A stretch of 46,761 bases of DNA. Origin: Planctomycetota bacterium (GTDB lineage Bacteria > Planctomycetota > GCA-002687715 > DRQF01). The notes under the pieces were generated by a model, which worked only from the letters and a program-made list of their open reading frames with translations, made no database searches and was not told the DNA's origin. The DNA lies in contig JALTLO010000123.1 in NCBI GenBank assembly GCA_027001995.1, positions 1 through 46,761 on the forward strand. Reading direction: 5' to 3'. Position numbers and translations under genes: made by a program. Shown here in pieces: positions 18,553 to 29,500 of this stretch. Numbering within the stretch: position 1 is the stretch's first letter; each line of letters opens with the position of its first letter.

Positions 18553-20355
18553 ATGGAAGTCCGAAACAAAGCCACTCGAATCGACCTTTTTAGCCTAAGC
18601 ACGCCGCAAATGCGGGCATTCCATATGTCATGGTTTGCCTTCTTCTTGTGTTTCTTTGCTTGGTTTGGAATTGCCCCCCTCTTGCCCATCGTCAAAGAAG
18701 AACTGGGATTAAGTAAGGAACAGCTTGGCAATACGCTCATTGCCTCTGTGTCCATTACCATCATTGCCCGTCTCTTCATCGGTTGGCTTTGCGACCACAT
18801 TGGTCCGCGGAAGAGTTATACCTTCCTACTGATTTTCGGATCAATTCCGGTGATGTCCATTGGCTTGGCAAACACCTACGAATCTTTCCTCCTCTTCCGC
18901 TTGGGAATTGGCGTCATCGGCGCTTCCTTTGTCATTACCCAGTACCATACATCTGTGATGTTTGCCCCAAATTGCGTCGGAACAGCAAACGCGACTTCCG
19001 CTGGTTGGGGTAACTTAGGTGGCGGTGTCACCCAGATGGTGATGCCCCTGGTCATGGCAGCTTTTGTTGGTTTAGGTTACTCCGACGCCATCAGTTGGCG
19101 CGCTTCGATGGTTGTAGCTGGCGCCGTCTGCTTCCTCACTGGTATCGCTTACTACAAGTTTACCACCGACCTCCCGAACGGTAACTTCGAAGACCTACGA
19201 GAATCTGGCGAGCACCGATCCAAAGCTAAGACCAAAGGGGCCTTTGGCGAGGCTCTCCGTGACAAACGGGTATGGGCGCTGTTTTTCATTTACGCCGCTT
19301 GTTTCGGCATTGAGCTCACTATCAACGGTATTGCCGCCGTCTACTACCGAGAATCATTCGGCCTGGGTCTCAAAGCTGCCGGTTTAGCCGCTGGACTATT
19401 CGGGCTGATGAACATCTTCGCGCGGACTTTGGGGGGATACATCAGTGACAAATTCGTCAAGAACGGCGGTTTGAGTGGCCGAGTGCGTTGGCTCTTCATC
19501 GCCCTTCTCATCGAAGGCATCGCCTTGGTTTTCTTCTCGAGAATGACGGTCTTGCATTTGGCCATTCCGATGATGATTGTCTTCAGCCTCTTCGTTCAGA
19601 TGTCAGAAGGTGCCACCTACTCGGTCGTGCCTTTCATCAACAAGAAGGCTCTTGGTGCCGTCTCCGGCATCGTTGGTGCTGGCGGAAACATGGGGGCCGT
19701 GGCTGCGGGATTCTTGATGCGCTCCGAAGATCTGAGCTATGCTGACGCATTCATGATTCTTGGCTTCTGCGTCGCTGCTGCAAGCTTCTTAACCTTCTTC
19801 GTACGTTTCTCACCTTCCATGGAAAGTGCGGCGAAGGAAGAGCAGAAAATTGCCATGGCCGAACGCGCTGCCATTGAGGCTTCACGACCCAAGAAAGCAC
19901 CCCTTTTCCCTGCTATCCGGCGCGCATTCAAGAACATCCGCCCCATGGATGGCCTCCGCGTCTACATCGGATTAGCCCTCATGGTGAAAGGGATTTACTT
20001 CATCACCGATACAGCATCATTAGAAACCAAACTCACTGGGCCCGCGGCGGAGTGGGACACCTTCTTGGCATGGATCATTGTATTCTGCCACGTTATTGGC
20101 GGTGCCAGTTTGGCTTTGGGTTTCATCAGTCGCGTAGCAGCCGGTGTGAATGCATTCATTGTCTTGGGAGCCGTTGGAGTCTACCTCTTTGGTGAAGGAG
20201 ACTACGGCGGCATGTTGTCCACCAATGAAGGATTCCAGTTCACCTTCCTTGTCTTCGTCACATTGGTCCTTTTGGTCTGGCGGGGGTCAGGTCCAATGTC
20301 CTTAGACCGCATGCTGTCTGACAAACCTGACTGTTTCGTTGACGACGACAAATAA
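18553..20355 (+). CDS. narK: NarK/NRT2-type nitrate/nitrite MFS transporter fused to a C-terminal DoxX-like domain
   Basis: MRAFHMSWFAFFLCFFAWF, nitrate signature GTANATSAGWGNLGGG and GIVGAGGNMG. After a charged linker comes a multi-TM domain with GLRVYIGL...LGFISRVA...GSGPMSLDR. GGAG RBS favours ATG18553 over 18538. Confidence 0.9.
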   Translation: MEVRNKATRIDLFSLSTPQMRAFHMSWFAFFLCFFAWFGIAPLLPIVKEELGLSKEQLGNTLIASVSITIIARLFIGWLCDHIGPRKSYTFLLIFGSIPVMSIGLANTYESFLLFRLGIGVIGASFVITQYHTSVMFAPNCVGTANATSAGWGNLGGGVTQMVMPLVMAAFVGLGYSDAISWRASMVVAGAVCFLTGIAYYKFTTDLPNGNFEDLRESGEHRSKAKTKGAFGEALRDKRVWALFFIYAACFGIELTINGIAAVYYRESFGLGLKAAGLAAGLFGLMNIFARTLGGYISDKFVKNGGLSGRVRWLFIALLIEGIALVFFSRMTVLHLAIPMMIVFSLFVQMSEGATYSVVPFINKKALGAVSGIVGAGGNMGAVAAGFLMRSEDLSYADAFMILGFCVAAASFLTFFVRFSPSMESAAKEEQKIAMAERAAIEASRPKKAPLFPAIRRAFKNIRPMDGLRVYIGLALMVKGIYFITDTASLETKLTGPAAEWDTFLAWIIVFCHVIGGASLALGFISRVAAGVNAFIVLGAVGVYLFGEGDYGGMLSTNEGFQFTFLVFVTLVLLVWRGSGPMSLDRMLSDKPDCFVDDDK

Positions 20356-20500
20356 TCTATATTCGGTACCCGGTCAGATTCGCCAGTTTTATAGATGACG
20401 TCAGATCTATCAATGAGATCAATTGCTTGGCAGAAACTGCTGGGCGCGGAACGATCCAAGAAACTGGAAAATCTGACCGTCGGTGCCGTATGCACTTGAT

Positions 20501-22819
20501 CTATTTCTCTTGAGCTCGGAAAACCTGGCCAGGAGATTCAGGCGAAAATGTATCAGATGACGGGATGATGAAGTCGCGGGATCCTCGTAGTCGTGGCACC
20601 GAGACCACGCGAATACGAAAGACCCCGTCCCGGTCTACAGTGCGTTCGAACTTTCCCGAGCGATTCGTTTTGCAAACAACGAAAGAAAGGTCCTTCCAAG
20701 TGCCGTCAGGAAGAAGACGCTCAAAAGAAACAAAAGCGCTACGAATGGGCTGGTCTTCTTGATCGAGAATCTGCCCAACCAGAGAATGAGCCTTCACGAG
20801 CTTGATCACCTTCTGATGGTCTTGAGGCTCCACGCCGACATCAAAAAAGAGACTACTTTCTTCTGAGGTCGTGAGTCCAGAACTATCCAGGTCAAGAAAA
20901 CGGATAAAATGCCTTCCAGCAGTCAGGCGATTGGAGACAGCTTCCCCAGCAACATCCGTTTGCAGTTCGTCAAGCTGAATCGTCGAACGATTGATACCCG
21001 TACCTTGGTGCAGAACGCGGAACATGAGCCCACTCACGGGTTGCCCAAACTCATCGATGACAGAGAATCGTTGAGGAATAGCAGCAGGAATGATCACCTC
21101 GACAGCCTTCGTTTCTTCCCCTGAGACAACGGCGAAGGGAGAGCTTTGGGCCCCCGGTGCATGAGGGGGGTCGCAAAGGACTTTCCATTCTCCAGGAGGA
21201 ACGCCCTTAAAGAAAAAAGTGCCATCATCACCAGTAGTCACCTTGTGTTTAGTTGATTTCGAAGCTTGAAGAGCATTCAGCCCAAAGACTGAGTCAGATT
21301 TGACCATAAGAACCGTCAGGCTGGCGACATCCATCCCCATAGCCCCCACGACCTTTCCTGACACCGAACCCGACTCCATTGTCTTGATAATGAGATTCTC
21401 TTGCCAATTGGTATCGCTCACATAGACCATAACCCTGCGAAACTGGGGCTCGATCCGAATCCTGTGGAGCTTTCCCGACAATCCCCTTGGCGTTGAATCT
21501 GCCGCCAATCGCGCGAACGGCCCCAAGGTCGGTTGATGATCTTTCAGCATCTCCATGACATCGAGGGTCAGATCCCCTTGATTGATCACCAGAGAATTCC
21601 ATCCACCATCGATGTGAGCAAAACGGAACTCACCGTTCTTGTTGGATACAGTTGAGCGCCGATTGGAATAGCCCGCGATACCACTTCCGTAGCAATCCAA
21701 ACGTACCCCAGGCATCGGTACACCAGATCGCCCATCGATCAAAACGCCAGCAATCTCGCTACCTTTGGAAACCGGAATAACCACCAGACGTTCCCCACGC
21801 TCAAGAATGGGAAAGCGGCGCCTTCTGTAGCCAGCAGCATTAGGGTTGTCGATCGTAGACAGATGCCAGACCTTTGACAACAATTCGATCCGAATCTCTG
21901 GTACATCAGGATAATGAGCTACCGTGGCCTCCCCCTTTGAGCCAGACTCACCAAGACTAATGAACTTGCTTGCCGGACTGACAACTGCAAATCGAATTTC
22001 GGGGATGCCCTCTCCATTCTGGGTGCTTACGAAACTGAGTTTCAAAGGGCTTCCATCCGGGACAGAAAAAATGAGCCTCCCCTGAGCATCCATGTCGTTG
22101 TCGAAGAAATTTCGGTCAGCAAACGTTCCGAAGCTTGGATGAGTGAATTCGATGCCAGCAAGCGACCGCCTCTTGGTAAAGCAATAGAACTCCCGATCAT
22201 CTTGGGTAGGCTCTTGGAACCGAAGAACTCTCGAGTTCCGATCCGCACCAACATGCAAGGTCCGCATGACTCTCGGCTGGCGAAACTCCTCGCCATTGGC
22301 ACCCAGGACAATCCCCCTGACCGAAGGATTCTTGAAGCGCAATCGAAACTCAGATGGACTGCCACCATGGGAGCGAACAAAGAGAAGAAACTCAGGATCG
22401 TAGTCTGGATGAACAAACAGGAAGTAAAGAGGCGTGGCGGAATCGACTATTGCAAGCCCCATGTCGAAACGCCCCTGAAGATCACTTCGTGTCTCTAAGA
22501 GGATTGGGGACGCTTCTGCAACCTTTGAATCAACGCTCTCAATCAAAGACACTTGAGCCCCGGAAACAGCTCGTCCAAGAGGATCAAGGACAAGGCCCCA
22601 TCTCTTGCTGTGGACTTGATTCACTTCCTGAGGATTCGAAGGATCTTCAGGTAACTTCGACAAAGAGGAAACGGACGGCTCCTCCGGTTCGCCATCTACC
22701 AGAGGACTCCCCGTGAAAAGTGATCCTTTCCCTTCTCCCCCCTGGTCAGAAAGCCAAAATATCACAGCCAGACACAGAACAGCTACGATCACAACAGCGA
22801 GCTTCGTCCGATCGCCCAT
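20501..22819 (-). CDS. Membrane-anchored protein with repeated carboxypeptidase-regulatory-like (transthyretin-like) domains
   Basis: N-terminal TM and repeated G.V.D..G.PV.GA.V ... T...G.F units. Confidence 0.75.
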   Translation of the reverse strand: MGDRTKLAVVIVAVLCLAVIFWLSDQGGEGKGSLFTGSPLVDGEPEEPSVSSLSKLPEDPSNPQEVNQVHSKRWGLVLDPLGRAVSGAQVSLIESVDSKVAEASPILLETRSDLQGRFDMGLAIVDSATPLYFLFVHPDYDPEFLLFVRSHGGSPSEFRLRFKNPSVRGIVLGANGEEFRQPRVMRTLHVGADRNSRVLRFQEPTQDDREFYCFTKRRSLAGIEFTHPSFGTFADRNFFDNDMDAQGRLIFSVPDGSPLKLSFVSTQNGEGIPEIRFAVVSPASKFISLGESGSKGEATVAHYPDVPEIRIELLSKVWHLSTIDNPNAAGYRRRRFPILERGERLVVIPVSKGSEIAGVLIDGRSGVPMPGVRLDCYGSGIAGYSNRRSTVSNKNGEFRFAHIDGGWNSLVINQGDLTLDVMEMLKDHQPTLGPFARLAADSTPRGLSGKLHRIRIEPQFRRVMVYVSDTNWQENLIIKTMESGSVSGKVVGAMGMDVASLTVLMVKSDSVFGLNALQASKSTKHKVTTGDDGTFFFKGVPPGEWKVLCDPPHAPGAQSSPFAVVSGEETKAVEVIIPAAIPQRFSVIDEFGQPVSGLMFRVLHQGTGINRSTIQLDELQTDVAGEAVSNRLTAGRHFIRFLDLDSSGLTTSEESSLFFDVGVEPQDHQKVIKLVKAHSLVGQILDQEDQPIRSAFVSFERLLPDGTWKDLSFVVCKTNRSGKFERTVDRDGVFRIRVVSVPRLRGSRDFIIPSSDTFSPESPGQVFRAQEK

Positions 22820-22930
22820 GATTCATGACTCCCCACAAACACATCTATAGCCCATGGAGAGTGAAAGAGCATCCCGGTCTTCGTCACAATTCTTCTTGGA
22901 ATTCTCCGATCGGATACCGTATACGGAGAA

Positions 22931-22960
22931 GGGCGAAGATATGTTGCCATATCTTCGCCC
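22931..22960 (-). terminator. Hairpin ending the nar-act operon
   Basis: GGGCGAAGATATG-TTGC-CATATCTTCGCCC, a perfect 13-bp stem 24 bp after the actF stop, extendable by CGGAGA/TCTCCG; weak U-tract. Confidence 0.7.
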
Positions 22961-22984
22961 CAAAATCTCCGGTTTCGTCTATTC

Positions 22985-24067
22985 TCAGGTTGCTAAACTT
23001 AGCTTGGGTAGTTTCTTGGACATCATCCAGAAGAAAGCTGAGAGAACTGCCAACGGAGGACCGATCTCCCACAGACCTAAGGGAGGTAGATCTGGAAACG
23101 CTGTTGGCGTGATGATGATGTAAAGATCTAACCAACGACCCACCAAAAGAATCAAGGCCACCCGTCCCAAGATCGCGGGGTTCGCTTTCCACGGTGCTGG
23201 TAGAAGAATAAGGAAAGGAGCCACGAAGTTGAGGATCAAGCTTAAATAGCTCAATGTCGCCCAGCTCCCCGTCATGCGCGTGGCAAACCAAGATGTTTCT
23301 TCTGGCATGTCTGTGTACCAGATCAGCATATACTGGCAATACCAGATATAGCCCCAAAAGAAACTGAATGCGAACATCAACTTACCCAAGTCATGTGCCA
23401 AGTTTGGTGACAGCGGCTTCATTGCTCCTAAGTGGATACCACGCAATACAACTAAGGTTATGGCGGCAGCTCCAGATAGAAACAGTCCGGCAAAGCAGTA
23501 GACGCCGAACATGGTGCTAAACCATGTAGGCTCCAAAGACATGAGCCAATCGAATGAGAAAATGGAGAAGCTGAATCCGAATAGAACCATGAACACCCCG
23601 GCTCTGCCACGCCCACTCTTCTTGTGCATCCATTTAGCACCGAAAGCCCAAACGACGAAACAAAGAATTGATCTCAGAATGAATGAATTGAGATTGAGCC
23701 ACCCCAACTTATGCGCCATGTGTGAAGAAACATTCTCTGGCGTCATGTGGAACCAGTCATAGAGAGTCGAGGCACCAAAGACACAGAGAATAGCCAAACC
23801 AGCACTGAGAGGTAAGAGGCTCGTTGTCTTCTTAGCAATTGGAACAATCCGGTCAGCCCAGTTAGCTGCACACAAGCGCACGATGGCGATTAGAACGGGT
23901 CCGGACATAGCCAGACCAATGAGCATACAAACGGAAACCAACCAGGACGACCAAATTCGCTCTGGAGCGGCAAAAAGTCCAACAGCAAACACAAGGAAAC
24001 CTGTGGCCATGATGCCTTGGTAGCTCTTGCTCAGAGGTTCCGCAGTTGATTGATTCTTGGTGGTCAT
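22985..24067 (-). CDS. actF: Alternative complex III subunit ActF (NrfD-like membrane subunit)
   Basis: ~10 TM; FDWLMSLEPTWFSTMFG, HDLGKLMFAFSFFWGYIWYCQYMLIWY..PEE..WF..R; ATGA overlap with actE. Confidence 0.88.
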   Translation of the reverse strand: MTTKNQSTAEPLSKSYQGIMATGFLVFAVGLFAAPERIWSSWLVSVCMLIGLAMSGPVLIAIVRLCAANWADRIVPIAKKTTSLLPLSAGLAILCVFGASTLYDWFHMTPENVSSHMAHKLGWLNLNSFILRSILCFVVWAFGAKWMHKKSGRGRAGVFMVLFGFSFSIFSFDWLMSLEPTWFSTMFGVYCFAGLFLSGAAAITLVVLRGIHLGAMKPLSPNLAHDLGKLMFAFSFFWGYIWYCQYMLIWYTDMPEETSWFATRMTGSWATLSYLSLILNFVAPFLILLPAPWKANPAILGRVALILLVGRWLDLYIIITPTAFPDLPPLGLWEIGPPLAVLSAFFWMMSKKLPKLSLAT

Positions 24068-24636
24068 TTGAGAACCCCCTGTAGCTTTCTCACGTAGAGA
24101 ATTGTCTTCCATCGGTCGTCTCGCCCAATCTGGGCCCCATGACTTGGCATGTTGTTTCGGCCAAGGGTTATGGCGTGATAAATCTCGCCATCGGGCATTT
24201 TCTTGGCATTCTCTAACAGCAAAGAAGGGGGAGGCGGAACGCCCCTTTTGGTCACAGTCCCATCACCCTTGCCCCCTTCACCATGGCATACAGCGCAATA
24301 AATCTTGAAGTTGCGAGCACCTCTTTCCAGATTCGCTGGATCAGGCTTGAAGGGATTCACCAGTTCCTGACCAGCACGTTTCGCCTCTTCCAGGCCATCA
24401 CCATAGGGAAATGGCATGAATCCGCGAACGATCGTTCCAGGCACGGGAAGCCTAAGATTGCGCCCATCGTCAAAGACAGGGTTTGATTCCTGAGACTGAT
24501 AAGCTGCGGAGGTATTCATGTCCATCAAGAATTCTGGCGTGCGTACCGACAAATCTCGCTCACAACCGTGTTGGAGAAGAAGAAAGAGCAAACACCAAAA
24601 AATCATCAACGAAACTAAGAGGTTGCGAGCGGTCAT
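24064..24636 (-). CDS. actE: Alternative complex III subunit ActE (monoheme cytochrome c lipoprotein)
   Basis: Lipoprotein-like ..QHGCER, MDM..S.AY..QE..P.F.DG...R.PV.GTI.RG, a single CAVCH and NNMPSH; ATGA overlap with actD. Confidence 0.88.
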   Translation of the reverse strand: MTARNLLVSLMIFWCLLFLLLQHGCERDLSVRTPEFLMDMNTSAAYQSQESNPVFDDGRNLRLPVPGTIVRGFMPFPYGDGLEEAKRAGQELVNPFKPDPANLERGARNFKIYCAVCHGEGGKGDGTVTKRGVPPPPSLLLENAKKMPDGEIYHAITLGRNNMPSHGAQIGRDDRWKTILYVRKLQGVLK

Positions 24637-25181
24637 GATTTCACCTCCTCCATCTGGTCCCAAGAGCGAATGGCTCCATGACGATCCCAAAGGTCTGACA
24701 AGTCAGTTTGTGTCAAGCCTGCCCCTTTATCGCGAATCACGACCACAAATTCATCGTCCGTAACCGATGCCTCTGGGAGTCGCGGTTTCTTGCCGAAAAA
24801 GAGACGATTCGAGATGAAGAACGTGGCGACAACGCCCAAACTGGCAAACAGAACAGTGAGTTCGAAAGCCACGGGAACAAACGCCGGCCACGATTCGAAT
24901 GGCTTGCCACCGACGTTGAGTGGCCAATCGTCACGAGACGTGAAATATTGCAACCAACGAGCCAAAGCCAGCCCTGACAAACCAAAGAAGAAACAAGCCC
25001 AAGTCAGTTTCGACCGTTTCATACCCATAGCTTCTTCGATGCCATGAATAGGATAGGGGCCATGGACATCGACCACATCAAATCCGGCTTCGCGGCATTC
25101 TTTCGCCGCGGAACAAGCATCATGGTCATCGGTAAAAGCGCCAAAATGGAGCCACCTCAATTCTCTTTGTTTGAAAACCAT
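24633..25181 (-). CDS. actD: Alternative complex III subunit ActD (DUF3341)
   Basis: DVHGPYPIHGIEEAMG and DWPLNVGGKP..SWPAFVPVAFELTVLF. Confidence 0.9.
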   Translation of the reverse strand: MVFKQRELRWLHFGAFTDDHDACSAAKECREAGFDVVDVHGPYPIHGIEEAMGMKRSKLTWACFFFGLSGLALARWLQYFTSRDDWPLNVGGKPFESWPAFVPVAFELTVLFASLGVVATFFISNRLFFGKKPRLPEASVTDDEFVVVIRDKGAGLTQTDLSDLWDRHGAIRSWDQMEEVKS

Positions 25182-26542
25182 TAGGCGTGCCCTCCCTTCT
25201 TCTCTAAGACTCCCTTAACTTCTGACATCGCCAGGAATGGGAAGAAGCGACAGAACAAAAGAAACAAGGTGAAGAACAAACCGAAGCTGCCAACAAAGGT
25301 GGCCACCTCAATCGCCGTTGGACAATAGCTGGCCCAACTTGACGGTAAGAAGTCCCGATGGATGGACGTCACAATGATAACGAAACGCTCGAACCACATA
25401 CCGATGTTGACAAAAATGGTGACGATAAAGACCAGGAGCAAGTTCTTGCGCACTTTGCCAAACCAAAGCAACTGGGGGATGATCACGTTACAAGAAACCA
25501 TGATCCAGTAGGCCCATCCCATGGGTCCTCGAATGCGATTGAGGAAGGCAAACTGCTCATATTCGCTGCCAGAATACCAGGCGATAAATAGCTCTGTTGT
25601 ATAGGCGAATCCAACGACGCAGCTACCAAAGACAATGACGCGACAAGCGGCGTTAATGTGTCGCTGTGTTATGTAGTTCTCAAAGTTGAGGACTTTACGA
25701 GCGATGAGCATGAGTGTCATCACCATGGCAAAGCCTGAGAAAATGGCTCCAATCACAAAGTAGGGTGGAAAGACCGTCGTATGCCAACCCGGAATCACTG
25801 CTGTCGCGAAGTCGAAACTCACCACACTGTGCACAGAGACCACCAAAGGTGTCGCCAAACCGGCGAGCAAGAGATAGACAACTTCGTAGCGCATCCAAGA
25901 GCGCTGGGATCCACTCCAACCCATGGAGAAGAAACCGAATATTGCCTTCTTGATCTTGGATTTTGTCCGGTCACGCAAGGTGGCCAAGTCAGGTATGAGC
26001 CCGAAGTACCAGAAGACGGCTGAAACCGTGAAATAGGTACCAATGGCAAAGACGTCCCAAAGGAGAGGTGATCGAAAGTTCACCCAAAGGGGACCGCGAA
26101 AGTTGGGATAAGGAAAGACCCAATGGGCTAACCAAGGGCGGCCCATGTGAATGACCGGAAATAGACCGGCGCACATGACGGCAATGATAGTCATGGCCTC
26201 AGCTGCACGATTCATCGACGTCCGCCACTTCTGTCTCATCAAGAAGAGAATGGCAGAGATCAATGTTCCAGCATGGCCGATTCCAACCCAAAAAACGAAG
26301 TTGGTGATGTCAAAGGCCCAACCGACCGTCTTGTTAAGGCCCCAGGTGCCGATACCTGTGGCGATCTGATACCAGACGGCGGCAAACCCGACACCCAACA
26401 AACTGAGAGCAACAATAAACGCTACCCACCAGGACTTACTGGCGCCCCTTTCGATGGGAGCTGCCACGTCGGCGGTCACATCCTTTGGCGTTCTGTCTCC
26501 GAGAATAAGTGGAGGGATGTCCACACAAGCTTCATCAGCCAT
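25181..26542 (-). CDS. actC: Alternative complex III subunit ActC (NrfD/PsrC family quinol-binding subunit)
   Basis: WAFDITNFVFWVGIGHAGTLISAIL, HMGRPW, NFRSPLLWDVFAI and SVHSVVSFDFA. ATG26542 preferred (alternative 26566). Confidence 0.93.
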   Translation of the reverse strand: MADEACVDIPPLILGDRTPKDVTADVAAPIERGASKSWWVAFIVALSLLGVGFAAVWYQIATGIGTWGLNKTVGWAFDITNFVFWVGIGHAGTLISAILFLMRQKWRTSMNRAAEAMTIIAVMCAGLFPVIHMGRPWLAHWVFPYPNFRGPLWVNFRSPLLWDVFAIGTYFTVSAVFWYFGLIPDLATLRDRTKSKIKKAIFGFFSMGWSGSQRSWMRYEVVYLLLAGLATPLVVSVHSVVSFDFATAVIPGWHTTVFPPYFVIGAIFSGFAMVMTLMLIARKVLNFENYITQRHINAACRVIVFGSCVVGFAYTTELFIAWYSGSEYEQFAFLNRIRGPMGWAYWIMVSCNVIIPQLLWFGKVRKNLLLVFIVTIFVNIGMWFERFVIIVTSIHRDFLPSSWASYCPTAIEVATFVGSFGLFFTLFLLFCRFFPFLAMSEVKGVLEKKGGHA

Positions 26543-29500
26543 GTCGTCCTCCTTCCTCTTCGTCATGATTGCGCACGATTGTGCGATAGGCGACTGTTGG
26601 TTTCACGTTTAGTTCCTCTAACACTAGAAACTCCAAAGGATCAGCCATCGCTTCTGCGACTTGGCTCTTGTGGTCTTTGGTATTGCCAAAAACGATAGCG
26701 GTCGTTGGGCATGTCTGCATGCAAGCCGGTTCGATCTCTCCATCTGCCAGAGGGCGACCTTCTCGCTTGGCATCAGCCTTCGCAGACTGAATCCTCTGCA
26801 CGCAGAAACTGCACTTCTCCATCACCCCGCGGGAGCGAGTCACAACGTCTGGATTCAAGGCCATGTTCTGCAAACGATCTTCGTGGGAGTAGTCGAACCA
26901 ATTGAATCGCCGAACCTTGTAAGGACAGTTGTTGGCACAATAGCGAGTGCCGATGCAGCGATTATAAACCTGTTGGTTCAAGCCCTCTTCACTGTGGACC
27001 GTTGCCAGCACGGGGCATACAGTTTCGCAGGGTGCATTGTCACATTGCTGACACATCATCGGCTGATGAACCGTATCAATTTCTTCTGGCTCATGGATCG
27101 GGCCACTGAAGTAGCGATCGATCCGCAGCCAGTGCATTTCACGCCGACGCTCAACCTCATCTCGACCAACCACAGGAATGTTGTTCTCTACTTGGCAAGC
27201 CAAGACACAGGCAGAACATCCGGTACACTTGGTCAGATCAATGGCCATGCCCCAATGGGGTTTATCATTGGCATGATCATTGTCCCACAGATCAAGATCG
27301 CGACTGCTGTGATGCCCTCCCTTGTGATCTGAGGCATGTTTCCCCAAGGCCACCAAAGTCGTTTCCTTGACAATATCCCGATGCTCATGGCCTGGAGGCG
27401 CCGTCTTTTCTGGTAGATCCAGAGAACCATAGGTCTGGGCCAGAGCCAAACCTGGTTTCGCGCCTGTTTTCTTGATCGTGACAATGGCATGATTCTGCAC
27501 GCGGCCGTCAACGATGGGGTTCATAGGAGCAACGTTGACGCCAATCACGTCACCGGATTTCACTGTCAGGTCACCTTCGAGCCATTGTGGGCCTACCTTT
27601 GAAAACCGATCGGTTCCGGCACGGCCATAACCCATCGGGATGACCACAGCGTCTGCGTGCTGACCAGGCTGAATACGAACTGGTAGCTTGACCTTAAAGT
27701 CTTGGGCCATCACTTCGATTTCGTCGCCATCGCTCAGATTAAGCTGTTGGGCTGTACCTGGCGAAAGGGATGCGGCGTTGCCCCAACTCATCTTGGTGAT
27801 GGGATCGGGCAGTTCTTGCAACCATGCATTGTGGCCGAATCGCCCATCCCACATACCGGTGTCCCCATGAATGGAGACTTCTAGAGCATTGGGAAACTCA
27901 CTGGCTGTTTGGAAGACAAGCTTGTCGAAAGCGTTCTTCTGCCAAGGGCTGTGGGCCACTGATGGCATGTCAAGAGCCACTGCACCATCGTGCTGAGTTT
28001 GATCCCAGAAGGCAGTAAAACTCTTGGCTCCTGTCTTTTTCCATGGCAACGAATCTTTGAACAACTTCTTGCGGAAAGCACGATCGTCCGTTGTGTCACC
28101 CGTCCATGCTGCGAGAGAATCGCGAAAATGTCTGGTGTCAAACAAGGGGCGGATAGCGGGCTGGGTCAAAGAAAGGACACCATGAACTGAAACCGCATCA
28201 TCCCAGGATTCCAAGAAATGAGGCTGAGGGCAGATGTAGTGCGCTTTCGCCGTGGTCTCCGTGGGTGATCCGTCCACGCAGATAACACAATCAACTTTGT
28301 TAAGGCCATCAGCGAAGGCTTGAGCATCCGGGCGATCAAAGACAGGGTTCACCCCTTGAATGATGACGGCAGAAACTCTGCCAGCATTCATGTCCGCAAC
28401 CAGAGCTCCTACATCTTGATCCCGTCCTTTGCGTTGAAAGCTCGGGCTGGAGATGTCCAGTGTCTTACCGTAGTTACCCAGAAGATCATTGATGCGCGCC
28501 ACCAGCATCTGGGCTTCTAAGCGGTTGCTGCCAGAAACCAGAAGACTCTTACCCTTCGCCTCCCAAAGACGATCCGCAAGGAGCTTGACATCATCTGGAC
28601 GCTTGGACTTGCCAGAGTCCAAGCCAACGATTGCCTTGCCCGACCTCTTGCTAATCTCAAAGGCCAGATCCTTGAGAATCTCAAAGGCTTGAACATGGGT
28701 GGCCACCAAACGACGGTCGGCCTTTGACCCCGTGAGTGACATCCCCGACTCGACTTGGGCATGCCAAGACATATGAAGGTCTTTCGCCGAAGGATTCCGA
28801 CCCTTGGCATAGCCGTCCGAGAACTCCACCGGTGAAATCCAAGTCCCGAGGAAGTCTGCGTCGAAGCTGACAATAACTTGGGCCTTGTCAAAGGCGAAAC
28901 GAGGCAGAACGCGGCTGCCAAAGGCCAACTCATGAGCATCAAGGAGAGCGCTGGAAGACATGGCATCATATTGAATGTGCCGACGATTCGCTCCCTTCTC
29001 AAGAAAGGCGTCAATTCTCGCCTGGGTACTGGGGCTGGTAATAGTCGACGTCAAAACAACAACAGCACCTTGAGCGGCGTCGAGCTTCGCCTTCACTTCC
29101 GCGTCCAGGGCATTCCACGTCAATGTGTTGTTTCGGTTCTTCGGTGCAGGGAATCTCTTCGAGTCATAAAGTCCCAAAAGCCCCGCTTGCCCAGCGGCGC
29201 AAAGACCACCCCCGGATATCGGGTGGGCGCGGTCAATAGGTCCATTGCCACCGCGAAATCCTTCAAGCTTGATGGGGCGACCATCACGATTCTTCGCCAT
29301 GAGCCCGCAGCCAGCTGTGCAACTACCACAGGTAGAAGCATAGAAATATGCTTTCCCCGGAACGATCTCTTCAGGGGGAACCAAATAGGGTATCGCTTTC
29401 TTGACAGGTCCCGGGCTGCAGGCTGCCAAGAACGCTCCCATGGCACTAAATCCTGTGGCCTTGAGGAAAGTTCGCCTCCCCCAAGCCCCAGTCTCTCGTA

